Assembly: GCA_963717525.1 (NCBI GenBank)
Contig: OY970343.1
Coordinates: 1,152,001-1,216,000, forward strand
Source of the DNA: an uncultured Methanoregulaceae archaeon
GTDB lineage: Archaea; Halobacteriota; Methanomicrobia; Methanomicrobiales; Methanospirillaceae
Length of the DNA: 64,000 bases
Reading direction: 5' to 3'
In this document: positions 9,989 through 20,108 of the stretch, in pieces
Layout of the letters: each line of letters starts with the position of its first letter
Numbering within the stretch: position 1 is the stretch's first letter
The notes under the pieces: model-generated
What the model was told of the DNA's origin: nothing
What the model saw: the letters and a program-made list of their open reading frames with translations, nothing else
Database searches by the model: none
Program-made: the position numbers and the translations under genes

Positions 9989-10205
9989 CCCGGAATCATT
10001 TCCTGTCTCACTGGTATCTTCAGGGTGGTATATCAAGGAAACTCCAGGCACTTTTCCGGGATAGTATCGATAGACGATCCGGTGGCGGGACAGGGATCGA
10101 GGGATCCTGCACGTGGATCGGGGGGACAAAAGGAATCCCTAAAAACAACCACCTAAAAAGCATATCACCACAAACAACGAAAAGAGATCCTGAGAGTTCT
10201 TACCC

Positions 10206-11805
10206 ATGGTTGGCCCGTACATGAAAAGCGGCGAATCCATTGTCCTGACCACGGATCGGGTGCTCATCGACGATATCGAGTACCGACCTGATCCTCACCA
10301 GCCAGCGGCTCGCCCTGGTTGACAGCGGCCATACCAACGACCAGCCACAGGTAGTACCGTTTGCCACCATCCTGTCAGTCAAAGGTGGGACGACTCCGGC
10401 GCGGGAGCCGTGCATCACCCTCACGGTTATCGACCCGGCCGGGTTAGGCGATGCAAAGACCCTTTCCCTGATCTTCACCCAGCAGCCGTACCAGGACCGG
10501 TCCGCGGAATGTGATCTCTGGGTAAAGAAGCTGATAGAGCACATCGTTTCCGTCCGGCAGGAACCGGGGCCGGCCGGAAAACAGCCTGCGGCAGAAAAAC
10601 CCCGGGGCATGCAGCCCACACTCCGGCGGTTTATCGCCCCGGATCTGCCCCTCCCCCACAGCGAGGTACCCCAGAGCTACAGGCCATCAGAGGACCTACT
10701 CTCCGCGATGCAGGGAGCCACGTGGGAGAATCCGGGCGATGGCAGAGAAGAACCGGGGCCAACGGAAAATACAGTTCCCGAAAAAGAAGTCTCACCTGAG
10801 CCTGAAGAGATAGTACCTTCTGTTGCCTCCGTGAGCGCCGGGGATGAATCTGCGGGCACACAGAACACAGGGAAGACCGGCCCTGCAGCAGCTGTGGATC
10901 ATGGGGAAGAAACCCTCATTGAACCGGCTTCGGATAAGGAGGAGAGCACCCCTCCCGAAGAGAGATCGGAACACACAGTCGTTCCGGCAACACCGTTCAG
11001 GGAACTGGTACCGGAGATTACCAAGGGGGGGCAGAACTATCCTGCCCCGGTCCAGCCGGATAACCGCCAGACCGGGCCGGTAGCCGATATCGAGGAACTA
11101 TCCCGGCAGATTGAGGGGGTAGTACCTGTTCAGACCGAAGAGACCGTAACATTCCGGCCTGAAGCCGGGGAACCGACAGGGATACCCGACAGTGTCGTAT
11201 TTCCGGTACTCTCCGGAACTGCACCTGATGCCGTACCAGCATCCGTACCGTCCTCGACCCCCCCGGCAGGAGCGAGGCCTGCTGCCGGGCAGCCCCCTGT
11301 TCCGCAACCGAAAAAGAAGAGGACCGGGATGGTCGTGGCGATCGCCCTCGTGCTCCTCGTCATTATCGGCGTAACGGCCATTATTCTTCTCCCGTCCCTT
11401 TCGGAAAATGCAGGCGGGCCGGGTTCCCCGGCCATTACGCCCAATGTGACACCCCAGCCGGTCACTACGGCAGTCCCGACGGTTACGATCCCTCCTCCCC
11501 TTGGGGTCTGGGTGAAGGTAGCCGATAACGGGACCTATTACGGGAAGTACGGAAATCCGGGAAGCCTCATCGAGGCCCGGGGGACCGGCGTACAGTTCTA
11601 TGCGATAAAGAACAGTAACGGCCTTGTGCAGGTCACGTTCCAGAAGCTGGACTACTCGGGGGACACCCTGACCGTAGAAGTGTACAATAACGGTACCATG
11701 GTCACGCATATCAGTAAAAATACCCCGGGGGGAACGATTGCGCTCCTCGTCGATCCGGTGACCGGGAAAGCCCCGTATGTACCGGTTACGACCGCCAGTG
11801 TGTGA
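10206..11805 (+). CDS. Single-pass membrane protein: conserved-looking N-terminal domain, long Pro/Glu-rich linker, TM helix and extracellular domain (~532 aa, one frameshift)
   Basis: ATG 10206 MVGPYMKSGESIVLTTDRVLIDDIEY continues after an extra C at ~10284 as DLILTSQRLALVD...CDLWVKKL, in frame with the 10609 ORF. TM helix MVVAIALVLLVIIGVTAIILL. Confidence 0.7.
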
Positions 11806-11967
11806 TGGGAACCGGGCAGGATCCAGCTCTTGGGCGGCCTGACCTCATCCCTGCACCTTTTCACAGCGGTGCGTTCAAACACCGGGAATATTTTCTGCCG
11901 TTGATGCGACAGGCCAAACCCTCTTTTAAGGATAGTATCGGGTAAAAAAAGTACCCGCGGGCCCCAC

Positions 11968-13962
11968 TCAGCCCATGAACAGGCCAAGCAGCCTGAAGGC
12001 GATCCCGCCGATCCCGATAGCGAGGACGACTTCGGTGAAGGAGATCGCAAGCGACCGTTTCCACCCGAATTCCGAGGCGAGGACCAGGATGACCGATATG
12101 CAGGGGATATAGAGCATCGAGACGAGCGCGATGACGATGAGCTGGACGGGGGTGAGGAAGGCCGCGAAGTTGGTTGATCCGAAAAGCACTGCGAGGGTGA
12201 GGATGGTAAGTTCTTTTCTCACGATGCCAAAGATCAGGGTGATCCCGACGATAACCGGCAGACCGAGCCAGAAGACCGTAACGGGTGCGAGGAGGTTGTT
12301 TACCGGGGTGAGCAAGCCGACTGCATAGAAGACCTGGATCAACGCACTCCCCACGATATATGCAGGAAACACAAACCAGATAAGCGACTTTGTCCGCGCC
12401 CATGTCTGTTTTACAACAACGGACGCCGAGGGAACGTGGTAATCCGGCATCTCCATGATCAGCCCGACCGACTCACCCGGAACAACTTTGAAAGCGATCC
12501 TCCCCACGATGATGATCAACACAATATCGAACGCGTAGAGCGCAAGTGCCCACCAGATGCTGACGAATTTCCCGACGAGGCCGAGGATAACAACCGTCCG
12601 GGCCGTGCAGGGAATAAGCGTGACCAGAAATGCCGCGAGCAGTTTCTGCTTGGGCGATTCCATGATCCGGCAGGAGAAGCAGGCCGGGACGTTGCACCCG
12701 TAGCCAAGGATGAGGGGAATAACGGCTTTGCCATGCAGCCCGAGCTTGTGCATGCCCCGATCAAGCATCACCGCAATGCGGGTGAGGTAGCCGGAGTCCT
12801 CCATCACCGCGAGAAGGAGGTAAAACGGCAGGACGTACGGAATGACCAGCGTGACTCCCGCGACCAATCCAGAGAACGCACCATTCCAGAGAATACCGGC
12901 GACCGGGCCGGTGATGACCGGTTCATACGGTTCGATCTGCGAGAGAAATGACTGGATGAGGTCTGAGATACGGGCGCCGACGACAAAAGTCCATACGAGC
13001 AGCCCTCCTATCACGAGTAACACCGCAAAGTACCCGAAAAAGGGGTGAAGAGCGACCTGATCGAGCCTGTCGGTCAGGCTCTTTTTGTGCAGGCCGTCCT
13101 TTGGGGGCCGCACGTTGATCACCTCAGCTGCGATCCGATCGGCGACGTTATACCGCTCCGCGCTCATTACGACGCAGACTGTTTCGCCATGGATCGCCTC
13201 GATCTCGGCCGCGAGCCGGTCCGCTGTCCCGACGATATCAGGGGCCTGTTCCTTTACGATCGTCACCATCGCGGGATCGCGTTCGATGAGTTTGATGGCA
13301 ATGAACCGTACAGGATAAGGAAGGGTCAGCTGCGAGAGCACAGGAACAAGTTTTTCGATCCGTTCCTCGATCTCTTTCCCGTACCGGAGGACCGGGGGGG
13401 TCGGGCGGCGCTGTGCGAGATCGAGGATCGCATCGGTGAGGGTGGCGATACCCTTACCCTTGATCGCGACCGTGGGAATGACAGCGACACCGAGGAGTTC
13501 AGCGAGTTTTTCCGTGTCAACGGTGATCCCCTTTTTTTCAGCGAGGTCGATCTGGTTTACCGAGATGAGGAGGGGCGGGGCAAGTTCGAAGAGCTGGATG
13601 GTGAAAAAGAGGTTCCGCTCCAGAGCGGACGCATCGATGACGTTGACGACAGCATCCGGTCGTTCAAGGGCGATGAAGTCGCGGGAGACAAGCTCCTCCA
13701 TCGAGTACGTGGAGAATGAGTAGATCCCCGGCAGATCGATCACGCGGATCCGTTTGCCTTTGTACTGGAGGAGCCCCTCGGCCCGTTCGACCGTCTTCCC
13801 CGGCCAGTTCCCGATGATCTGGTCGACTCCGGTCAGCTGGTTGAATGTTACGCTCTTACCCACATTGGCATTACCGGCAAGGGCGATGGTGTAATCGACA
13901 TTTTTTATGGTGCTTGCTTGTTTTTTCGGGGTGCACTCCCTGCATCCGCCGCAGCCCGTCAC
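11968..13962 (-). CDS. feoB: Ferrous iron transporter B
   Basis: [36 protein letters not shown] and LYIPC. Confidence 0.97.
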   Translation of the reverse strand: MTGCGGCRECTPKKQASTIKNVDYTIALAGNANVGKSVTFNQLTGVDQIIGNWPGKTVERAEGLLQYKGKRIRVIDLPGIYSFSTYSMEELVSRDFIALERPDAVVNVIDASALERNLFFTIQLFELAPPLLISVNQIDLAEKKGITVDTEKLAELLGVAVIPTVAIKGKGIATLTDAILDLAQRRPTPPVLRYGKEIEERIEKLVPVLSQLTLPYPVRFIAIKLIERDPAMVTIVKEQAPDIVGTADRLAAEIEAIHGETVCVVMSAERYNVADRIAAEVINVRPPKDGLHKKSLTDRLDQVALHPFFGYFAVLLVIGGLLVWTFVVGARISDLIQSFLSQIEPYEPVITGPVAGILWNGAFSGLVAGVTLVIPYVLPFYLLLAVMEDSGYLTRIAVMLDRGMHKLGLHGKAVIPLILGYGCNVPACFSCRIMESPKQKLLAAFLVTLIPCTARTVVILGLVGKFVSIWWALALYAFDIVLIIIVGRIAFKVVPGESVGLIMEMPDYHVPSASVVVKQTWARTKSLIWFVFPAYIVGSALIQVFYAVGLLTPVNNLLAPVTVFWLGLPVIVGITLIFGIVRKELTILTLAVLFGSTNFAAFLTPVQLIVIALVSMLYIPCISVILVLASEFGWKRSLAISFTEVVLAIGIGGIAFRLLGLFMG

Positions 13963-14684
13963 GCCTCACCCCCTTTGCGAACATCGACGAAGATCTTTTC
14001 CGCTATGGCATGATCGATAGCAAGTTTTGTCCTGCGCACAAAAACCTCGACCGGCCCGTTCATAGGCGCCCTGCGTGTAACCGATACCGTCGTCCCGAGG
14101 GTAAGCCCGAGATCAGAAAGCCGCTGGACGACCTTGCAGTCTCCCCGGATAAACGCGATAGTCCCGTTCTGCTGTGCAATAAGATCGGTAATCGGGACAA
14201 TGGATCCGGTCCGCAGTTCCTTTGGATCAAGGAGAGCCGCACCGGTTTTGAACTCACATTCGCTGCAGCTCCCGATTCCCTTGGCGCAGGGAGCAATAGG
14301 GCTCCCGTGGGGGCACCGCGCCGGGGCGTTGAGCATCCGGCAGAGTGCGTTCTCGGTGTCTTCCGAGATCGAATGTTCCATCCGGCATGCCTCGTCGTGC
14401 ACCTTTGCCCGGTTGATATGCAGGACATCGGCAAGGAAGACCTCAAGGAGCCGGTGCCGGCGCTTGATCGTCTCTGCGATCTTCTTTCCCTCCCCGGTCA
14501 GGCTCGCACCCCGGTAAGGTTCGTAGTTCACGAGGTTCTTCTCCGCGAGGCTCTGGAGCGCCTCGGTTACGCTCGCCGGTGCAACCTTGAGGCACTTTGC
14601 AATCGCCGTGGTCTTTGCGGAGCCTTCTGTACCGGCGATATCGTAGATCGCTTCGAGATATTCCTCAACCTGTTCCTGCGCCAT
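13959..14684 (-). CDS. DtxR/MntR-family metal-dependent repressor fused to a FeoA domain
   Basis: EEYLEAIY, ASVTEAL..L, RRHRLLE.FL, EACRMEH, CPHGSPI and a C-terminal FeoA (RLSDLGLTLG...APMNGPV). Confidence 0.93.
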   Translation of the reverse strand: MAQEQVEEYLEAIYDIAGTEGSAKTTAIAKCLKVAPASVTEALQSLAEKNLVNYEPYRGASLTGEGKKIAETIKRRHRLLEVFLADVLHINRAKVHDEACRMEHSISEDTENALCRMLNAPARCPHGSPIAPCAKGIGSCSECEFKTGAALLDPKELRTGSIVPITDLIAQQNGTIAFIRGDCKVVQRLSDLGLTLGTTVSVTRRAPMNGPVEVFVRRTKLAIDHAIAEKIFVDVRKGGEA

Positions 14685-14695
14685 CCGGATAATGA

Positions 14696-14734
14696 TTAGG
14701 TTACCCTAAATAAAAATAGTTTCGGTCAACCTAA
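14696..14734. promoter_or_regulatory. Two tandem DtxR-type operator palindromes
   Basis: TTAGG-TTAC-CCTAA (14696-14709) and TTCGG-TCAA-CCTAA (14721-14734), immediately upstream of the DtxR-feoB start. Confidence 0.75.
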
Positions 14735-14917
14735 AGATATCCCTCATCATCGCATACTCAGCCCGGCGTATCATGACGCCGTATGCCGCGAGTACCTCAA
14801 TCCGGTTCCGGCGCAGGAAAACGTCCGTTCCAGCCACGGGGCCACCGGGCGACCTCGTAGGCTCCAGACCTGAAGATTTTTGAATCATGCATGCATTGGT
14901 AGGTACAGGGAGAAACT

Positions 14918-16210
14918 ATGGCAATTGACTGGTACAACGAGTTTGTCGATACAAAGTACGAACCGGCAAAGGACGACCTTGTCTGTCTTTTTTATTTTGA
15001 ACCGGCTGCCGGGATTACCAATGAAGAGGCTGCGGGGCGTATAGCCTCCGAGAGCTCGACAGGCACATGGACAACTCTTTTTACGATGCCGCCGAGAATG
15101 AAGAAACTTGAGGCCAAGGCATTTGAATTCGACAAGAATTTCGTGAAAGTCGCCTACCCGCTAGCACTCTGGGAGGAGGGGAACGCCGTCCAGCTGATGA
15201 GCGGGATCGCGGGGAACATCTTCGGGATGAAAGCGCTCAGGAACCTACGCCTCATCGACGCATCGCTCCCGGCCGCCTATCTCCGCGGCTTTAAAGGGCC
15301 GCATTTTGGCATGGACGGGATCCGCAAGATGATGAAGGTCCGGGACCGGCCGCTGACGGGAGCCGTACCCAAGCCGAAGATCGGCTTTACGGCAAAAGAG
15401 CATGCCGAGGTAGGGTACGAGACGTGGATGGGCGGCTTTGATTTTGTTAAAGACGATGAGAACCTCACGTCAACCTCATTCAACCGGTTCGAGGACCGGG
15501 TAAAATACATGACAAAACTGCGGGACAAGGCCGAGCAGGAGACCGGTGAGAAGAAATCTGCGTTTTTAAATATCTCCTCCGATGTCGAGACCATGAAGAA
15601 GCGTGCTGACATGCTCGCGGAGTATGGCTGGAACTACGCGATGATCGATGTGGTGGTTGCAGGAAATGCCAGTGTCATGACGATGCGGGACTACTGTTCT
15701 GACCTTGGCCTTGCGATCCATGCGCACCGGGCGTTCCATTCAACCTTCGACCGGAACAAAAAACACGGCATGACGATGTACTTCCTCGCAAAGCTCATGC
15801 GTCTTATTGGCGTTTCCCAGATCCATACCGGTACGGCTGTCGGTAAACTGACCGGCACCAGGACCGAGTCGATCCTCCTTGCGGACCTGTTGAGGAAGAA
15901 AAAGATCGCGGAGGTTCCCCACCAGTGCCTCGAACAGGACTGGGGCACCCTCAAGACCGCATTCCCGGTCTCGTCGGGCGGCCTTCACCCGGGCCTCGTT
16001 CCCGACGTGCTCGATATCTACGGCCGGGACCTCGTGCTGCTCGTATCGGGCGGCATTCACGGTCACCCGAAGGGAACCCGGGCCGGGGCACGGGCAACCA
16101 TGCAGGCAATCGAGGCATGGCAGGATGGTGTAACACTCGACGACAAGGCAAAAACCGCACGGGAACTTCACGAAGCGCTGAAGAAATGGGGATATTACAA
16201 GCCGAAGTGA
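14918..16210 (+). CDS. rbcL: Ribulose-1,5-bisphosphate carboxylase, archaeal form III
   Basis: ASESSTGTW, KPKIG, GGFDFVKDDENL (carbamylated Lys motif), HAHRA, GTAVGKL, SGGLHPG and GGIHGHP. Confidence 0.95.
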   Translation: MAIDWYNEFVDTKYEPAKDDLVCLFYFEPAAGITNEEAAGRIASESSTGTWTTLFTMPPRMKKLEAKAFEFDKNFVKVAYPLALWEEGNAVQLMSGIAGNIFGMKALRNLRLIDASLPAAYLRGFKGPHFGMDGIRKMMKVRDRPLTGAVPKPKIGFTAKEHAEVGYETWMGGFDFVKDDENLTSTSFNRFEDRVKYMTKLRDKAEQETGEKKSAFLNISSDVETMKKRADMLAEYGWNYAMIDVVVAGNASVMTMRDYCSDLGLAIHAHRAFHSTFDRNKKHGMTMYFLAKLMRLIGVSQIHTGTAVGKLTGTRTESILLADLLRKKKIAEVPHQCLEQDWGTLKTAFPVSSGGLHPGLVPDVLDIYGRDLVLLVSGGIHGHPKGTRAGARATMQAIEAWQDGVTLDDKAKTARELHEALKKWGYYKPK

Positions 16211-16289
16211 CCGATATCATTCCGGTCGTGCAACAGGTATGCCGCATCAGGAATCCCTTTTTATATCCCGGCCAAAACTCCTAAGCACC

Positions 16290-18255
16290 GTGACCGGATT
16301 CCAGCTTGTCTCTTCCTTCCAGCCGGCGGGCTCGCAGCCGGAGGCAATTGCCCGGATAAATGACGGACTGGCGGACAACGCCCGGTTCCAGACGCTGCTT
16401 GGCGTCACCGGCTCAGGGAAAACATTCACGATTGCAAACGTGATTGCAGCGGCAGATAAACCGACGCTTGTTATCGCCCACAACAAGACACTCGCCGCAC
16501 AGCTGTACCAGGAGTTCTGCGACTTTTTCCCGAAAAACCGGGTCGAGTACTTCGTCTCGTACTACGATTACTACCAGCCGGAGTCCTACATTCCGGCAAA
16601 AGACCAGTACATTGAGAAGGACTCCGCAATCAACCCCAAGATCGAGATGCTCCGGCTCTCCGCCACGGCTTCACTCTCGCACCGGCGCGACGTTATTGTG
16701 GTTGCCTCGGTCTCCTGCATCTTCGGCCTCGGGAACCCGGAAAACTTCCGGAACCTCGGCTTTGATCTCTCGGTCGGCCAGAAGATCTCAAGAAACGAGA
16801 TCATGAGCCGGCTCCTTGACATCCAGTTCGAGCGGAACGACATCGATCTCGCCACGGGCCGGTTCCGGGTCAAGGGAGATACCATCGATATCGTGCCCGG
16901 GTATTTCAACGATATCATCCGGATCGAGCTCTTCGGCGACGAGATCGAACGTATCCGGGAGGTGGATAAAAATACCGGGGCAAAAAAAGAGGAAATGAAG
17001 TATTTCTATGTCTACCCCGCCCGCCACTTTGTCATACCTGATAGTGCCCGGAAATCCGCATTAGCCTCGATACAGGAAGAACTCGACGAAGTGCTCCCCA
17101 CGCTCGGCCTCGTCGAGGCGCACCGGCTCCGGCAGCGGACGAACTTCGATCTCGAAATGATCCGCGAGACCGGCTCCTGCAAGGGAATCGAGAACTATTC
17201 GCGGCACTTCGATGGCAGGAAAACCGGTGAGAAACCGGTACTGCCTGCTCGATTACTTCCCGGACGATTTTTTGTTGATCATCGATGAGAGTCACCAGAC
17301 CGTCCCGCAGCTGCACGGCATGTACAACGGCGACCGTTCGCGCAAGGAAACGCTGGTGAATTACGGGTTCCGGCTCCCCTCCGCGCTCGACAACCGGCCC
17401 CTGAAATTTTTCGAGTTCGAACAGTACATGCGCCAGGTGATCTTTGTCTCGGCAACGCCGGGCCCCTATGAATTAAAACACTCCACGCAGGTGGTCGAGC
17501 AGATTATCCGCCCGACCGGCCTTGTCGACCCGGCGGTCGAGGTCCGGCCCATCGCGGGGCAGACGCTCGATGTGATCGAAGAAGTAAAAAAGACCGTTGC
17601 ACGCGGTGATCGTGTGCTCGTGACCACGCTCACCAAAAAACTCGCTGAGGAACTTTCAGAATACCTCGCCGACCGGGGGATCCGCACCCGGTACCTCCAC
17701 TCGGAGATCCAGACCCTGGAGCGCACCGAGATCATCCGTGAACTGCGGCTGGGCAAATTCGATGTACTGGTCGGGATCAACCTGCTTCGGGAGGGTCTCG
17801 ATATCCCCGAGGTAGGGTTCATCGGCATCCTCGACGCAGACAAGGAAGGGTTTCTCCGCGATGCACGCAGCCTGATCCAGATCATCGGGAGGGCGGCACG
17901 GAACGTGAACGCCAAGGTAGTGCTCTACGCGGACTCCATGACCGATTCGATGAAGGCCGCAATCTCCGAGACACAACGCCGGCGCGAGAGGCAGATCGCG
18001 TACAACGAAGAGCACCATATCGTCCCGCAGACGATCATAAAACCGGTAAAAGAGAGGGAAGTCGAGATCAAGGACACAAAACATCTCCCCAGAGCGGAGA
18101 TCCCCAACGTGGTTATCGAGCTGGAAAAGCAGATGCACGATGCGGCAGACAACCTCGACTTCGAGCGGGCGATTGCGCTCCGTGAGCAAGTAAAAAAACT
18201 CAACGAACGGCTTAGGGAAGCGGGAAAACATCCCATCCATCAAAGAAGCGCTTAA
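16290..18255 (+). CDS. uvrB: Excinuclease ABC subunit B (~654 aa, one frameshift at ~17237)
   Basis: [18 protein letters not shown] and GIENYSRH, then in the +1 frame [27 protein letters not shown] and a C-terminal UVR domain. Likely GTG start at 16290. Confidence 0.95.
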
Positions 18256-18453
18256 ACAGGATGTCCCGGGCTGGCTGCCGGATCGGCTCTTCGGGTGCCG
18301 GGGATTCGTACCCTGAAAAAATCAGGGGCGGAACATGATTATTCTGCCAAAAATTACCGGCTGAGGCCGTGTTTTCGGGTAACTCCTGCCCATTTACGAA
18401 AAAGTGGATGTAATGATCTGGAAATTCTTCGTTTTAAAGAATCCTACCACAGG

Positions 18454-19803
18454 CTATCGTGCCACGCTTTCCTGGACTCCCCCGGCTCCACCGGGTTCCT
18501 GGGCACCCACCATGTAGTACCGCTTGATGAATTCCCGCACTTTTTCCGATTCTATCCAGCCCATATCGAGCTGCGTTACGATCCTGTCGATCTCGCGGGC
18601 CTGCAGGATGATCTTGTCAGTCACATCGCCGGGCGCAAGGCTTGAAAGCCCCACGATCACGGCCAGCGGGTTCCTGATATGGTCGCCGAGGATGGCAAAC
18701 TGCTCGATATTCTTCTCTATCTGTTCGAGCGCCTGTCTCTTGATTGTCTCCATCTGCTTCCGGTCGGTGATATCGATAAACGAGGCCATGATGCAGACAG
18801 GGTCATCCATATCGTTTTTCACAAGGTTGATCCAGAGCAGGACATAGAACGGCGTCTGGTCGGCTTTGTAGAGAAGGATCTCCCCCAGCCAGCTCCCTTT
18901 CCTGTGGAGCGCATCTTTTATCGTTTCGATTCCCTGCGGGGACGCGACAAATTTCCAGAGCGTTGTGCCGGAGAACCCCTGCTCGTCGGAGGTTCCCATC
19001 ATCGCCAGCAGCGAATGGTTGACGTAGGTGATCGCAAAGTCGAGGTTCATGATCGCGATTGCATTGAGAGAGGAACTGATCGCGTGATCTTTTATGATCA
19101 ACGATTCCTCAGCCTCTTTCCTCGCCGTGATATCGACAATGGTACAGACAAACTGATCATCCGGAAGCATCCCTGCAGAAAGCAGAACCCATCTGGTGGC
19201 ACCGGCCTTTGTCAAAAAACGCGTCTCAAAATTCTCCACATTTCCCTGGGTGGAAAGGTGCTGGAAAAACGCTTCCCGGTCGGCCGCATCGGCCCACATC
19301 CCGGGGAAGGGTAGGGATTCAACCTCGGCAGAGTCGTAGCCCAGCGTATCAGCGAAACGGCGGTTTACTTCCTTTATGATACGATCTGAGCTGTTCACAA
19401 GGCCGATACCCGCTTCAGAGTAGTTGAAAATGCCATGGTATTTCATTTCGTTCCTGCGCATATGGATAGCGAGATTCGAAACGACAGCGGCAACACCGAT
19501 GACCACGAGGCTGGTAACAAGGGAGGCTACCACCTGATCCAGAGCCCCATCCGTGACAAACGCAACGATCCCGATGTAAAGGGCAGATACTCCGGCGGCA
19601 TAGTAAATTCCAAGGCGGGGATACCAGTACGCCGCGATCACAATCGGGATATAGAAAAGGTTTACGGCGACAGCCGCGGTGCCATAATGGAATGCGAGGA
19701 TATTAATGAGGAACGCAACGATGGTGGTATTGACAATAATAAACAGCCAGAGATCGACGAAACTTTCTTCACGGTCTCCAAAGAGAGGTTGTTGTCCGGT
19801 CAT
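18454..19803 (-). CDS. Membrane-anchored PAS-PAS sensor with C-terminal HisKA-like helix and no ATPase domain
   Basis: Four TM helices, two PAS/PAC (DITARK, DITDRK) and terminal QFAILGDHIRNPL. No G1/G2 boxes. Confidence 0.8.
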   Translation of the reverse strand: MTGQQPLFGDREESFVDLWLFIIVNTTIVAFLINILAFHYGTAAVAVNLFYIPIVIAAYWYPRLGIYYAAGVSALYIGIVAFVTDGALDQVVASLVTSLVVIGVAAVVSNLAIHMRRNEMKYHGIFNYSEAGIGLVNSSDRIIKEVNRRFADTLGYDSAEVESLPFPGMWADAADREAFFQHLSTQGNVENFETRFLTKAGATRWVLLSAGMLPDDQFVCTIVDITARKEAEESLIIKDHAISSSLNAIAIMNLDFAITYVNHSLLAMMGTSDEQGFSGTTLWKFVASPQGIETIKDALHRKGSWLGEILLYKADQTPFYVLLWINLVKNDMDDPVCIMASFIDITDRKQMETIKRQALEQIEKNIEQFAILGDHIRNPLAVIVGLSSLAPGDVTDKIILQAREIDRIVTQLDMGWIESEKVREFIKRYYMVGAQEPGGAGGVQESVAR

Positions 19804-20108
19804 TAATTCACACCAACGGGTATGAGCCCCTGCCTGAGGAAAGCCCAGGGGACGCTCTCCCTCGCAATTCCCCGTCTATGTTTCCTCATTGCACAAATGG
19901 ACATTAATATTTTTTGGTTCATGAATAACCAAAGACAAATAATGAGAGCAGCATTTAAGCGGGAAGTTCATAAACTAACGTATTTTTGGATATCCGCAAA
20001 ATTAATGGGCGATACGGGGCATTGCACCGGTTCACAGGGCCGGTTGCCATGCTGTACCTGAACAGGATTTCCTGGTATGGGAAAGACCAGTTTCCAGTTT
20101 CTGGATCT

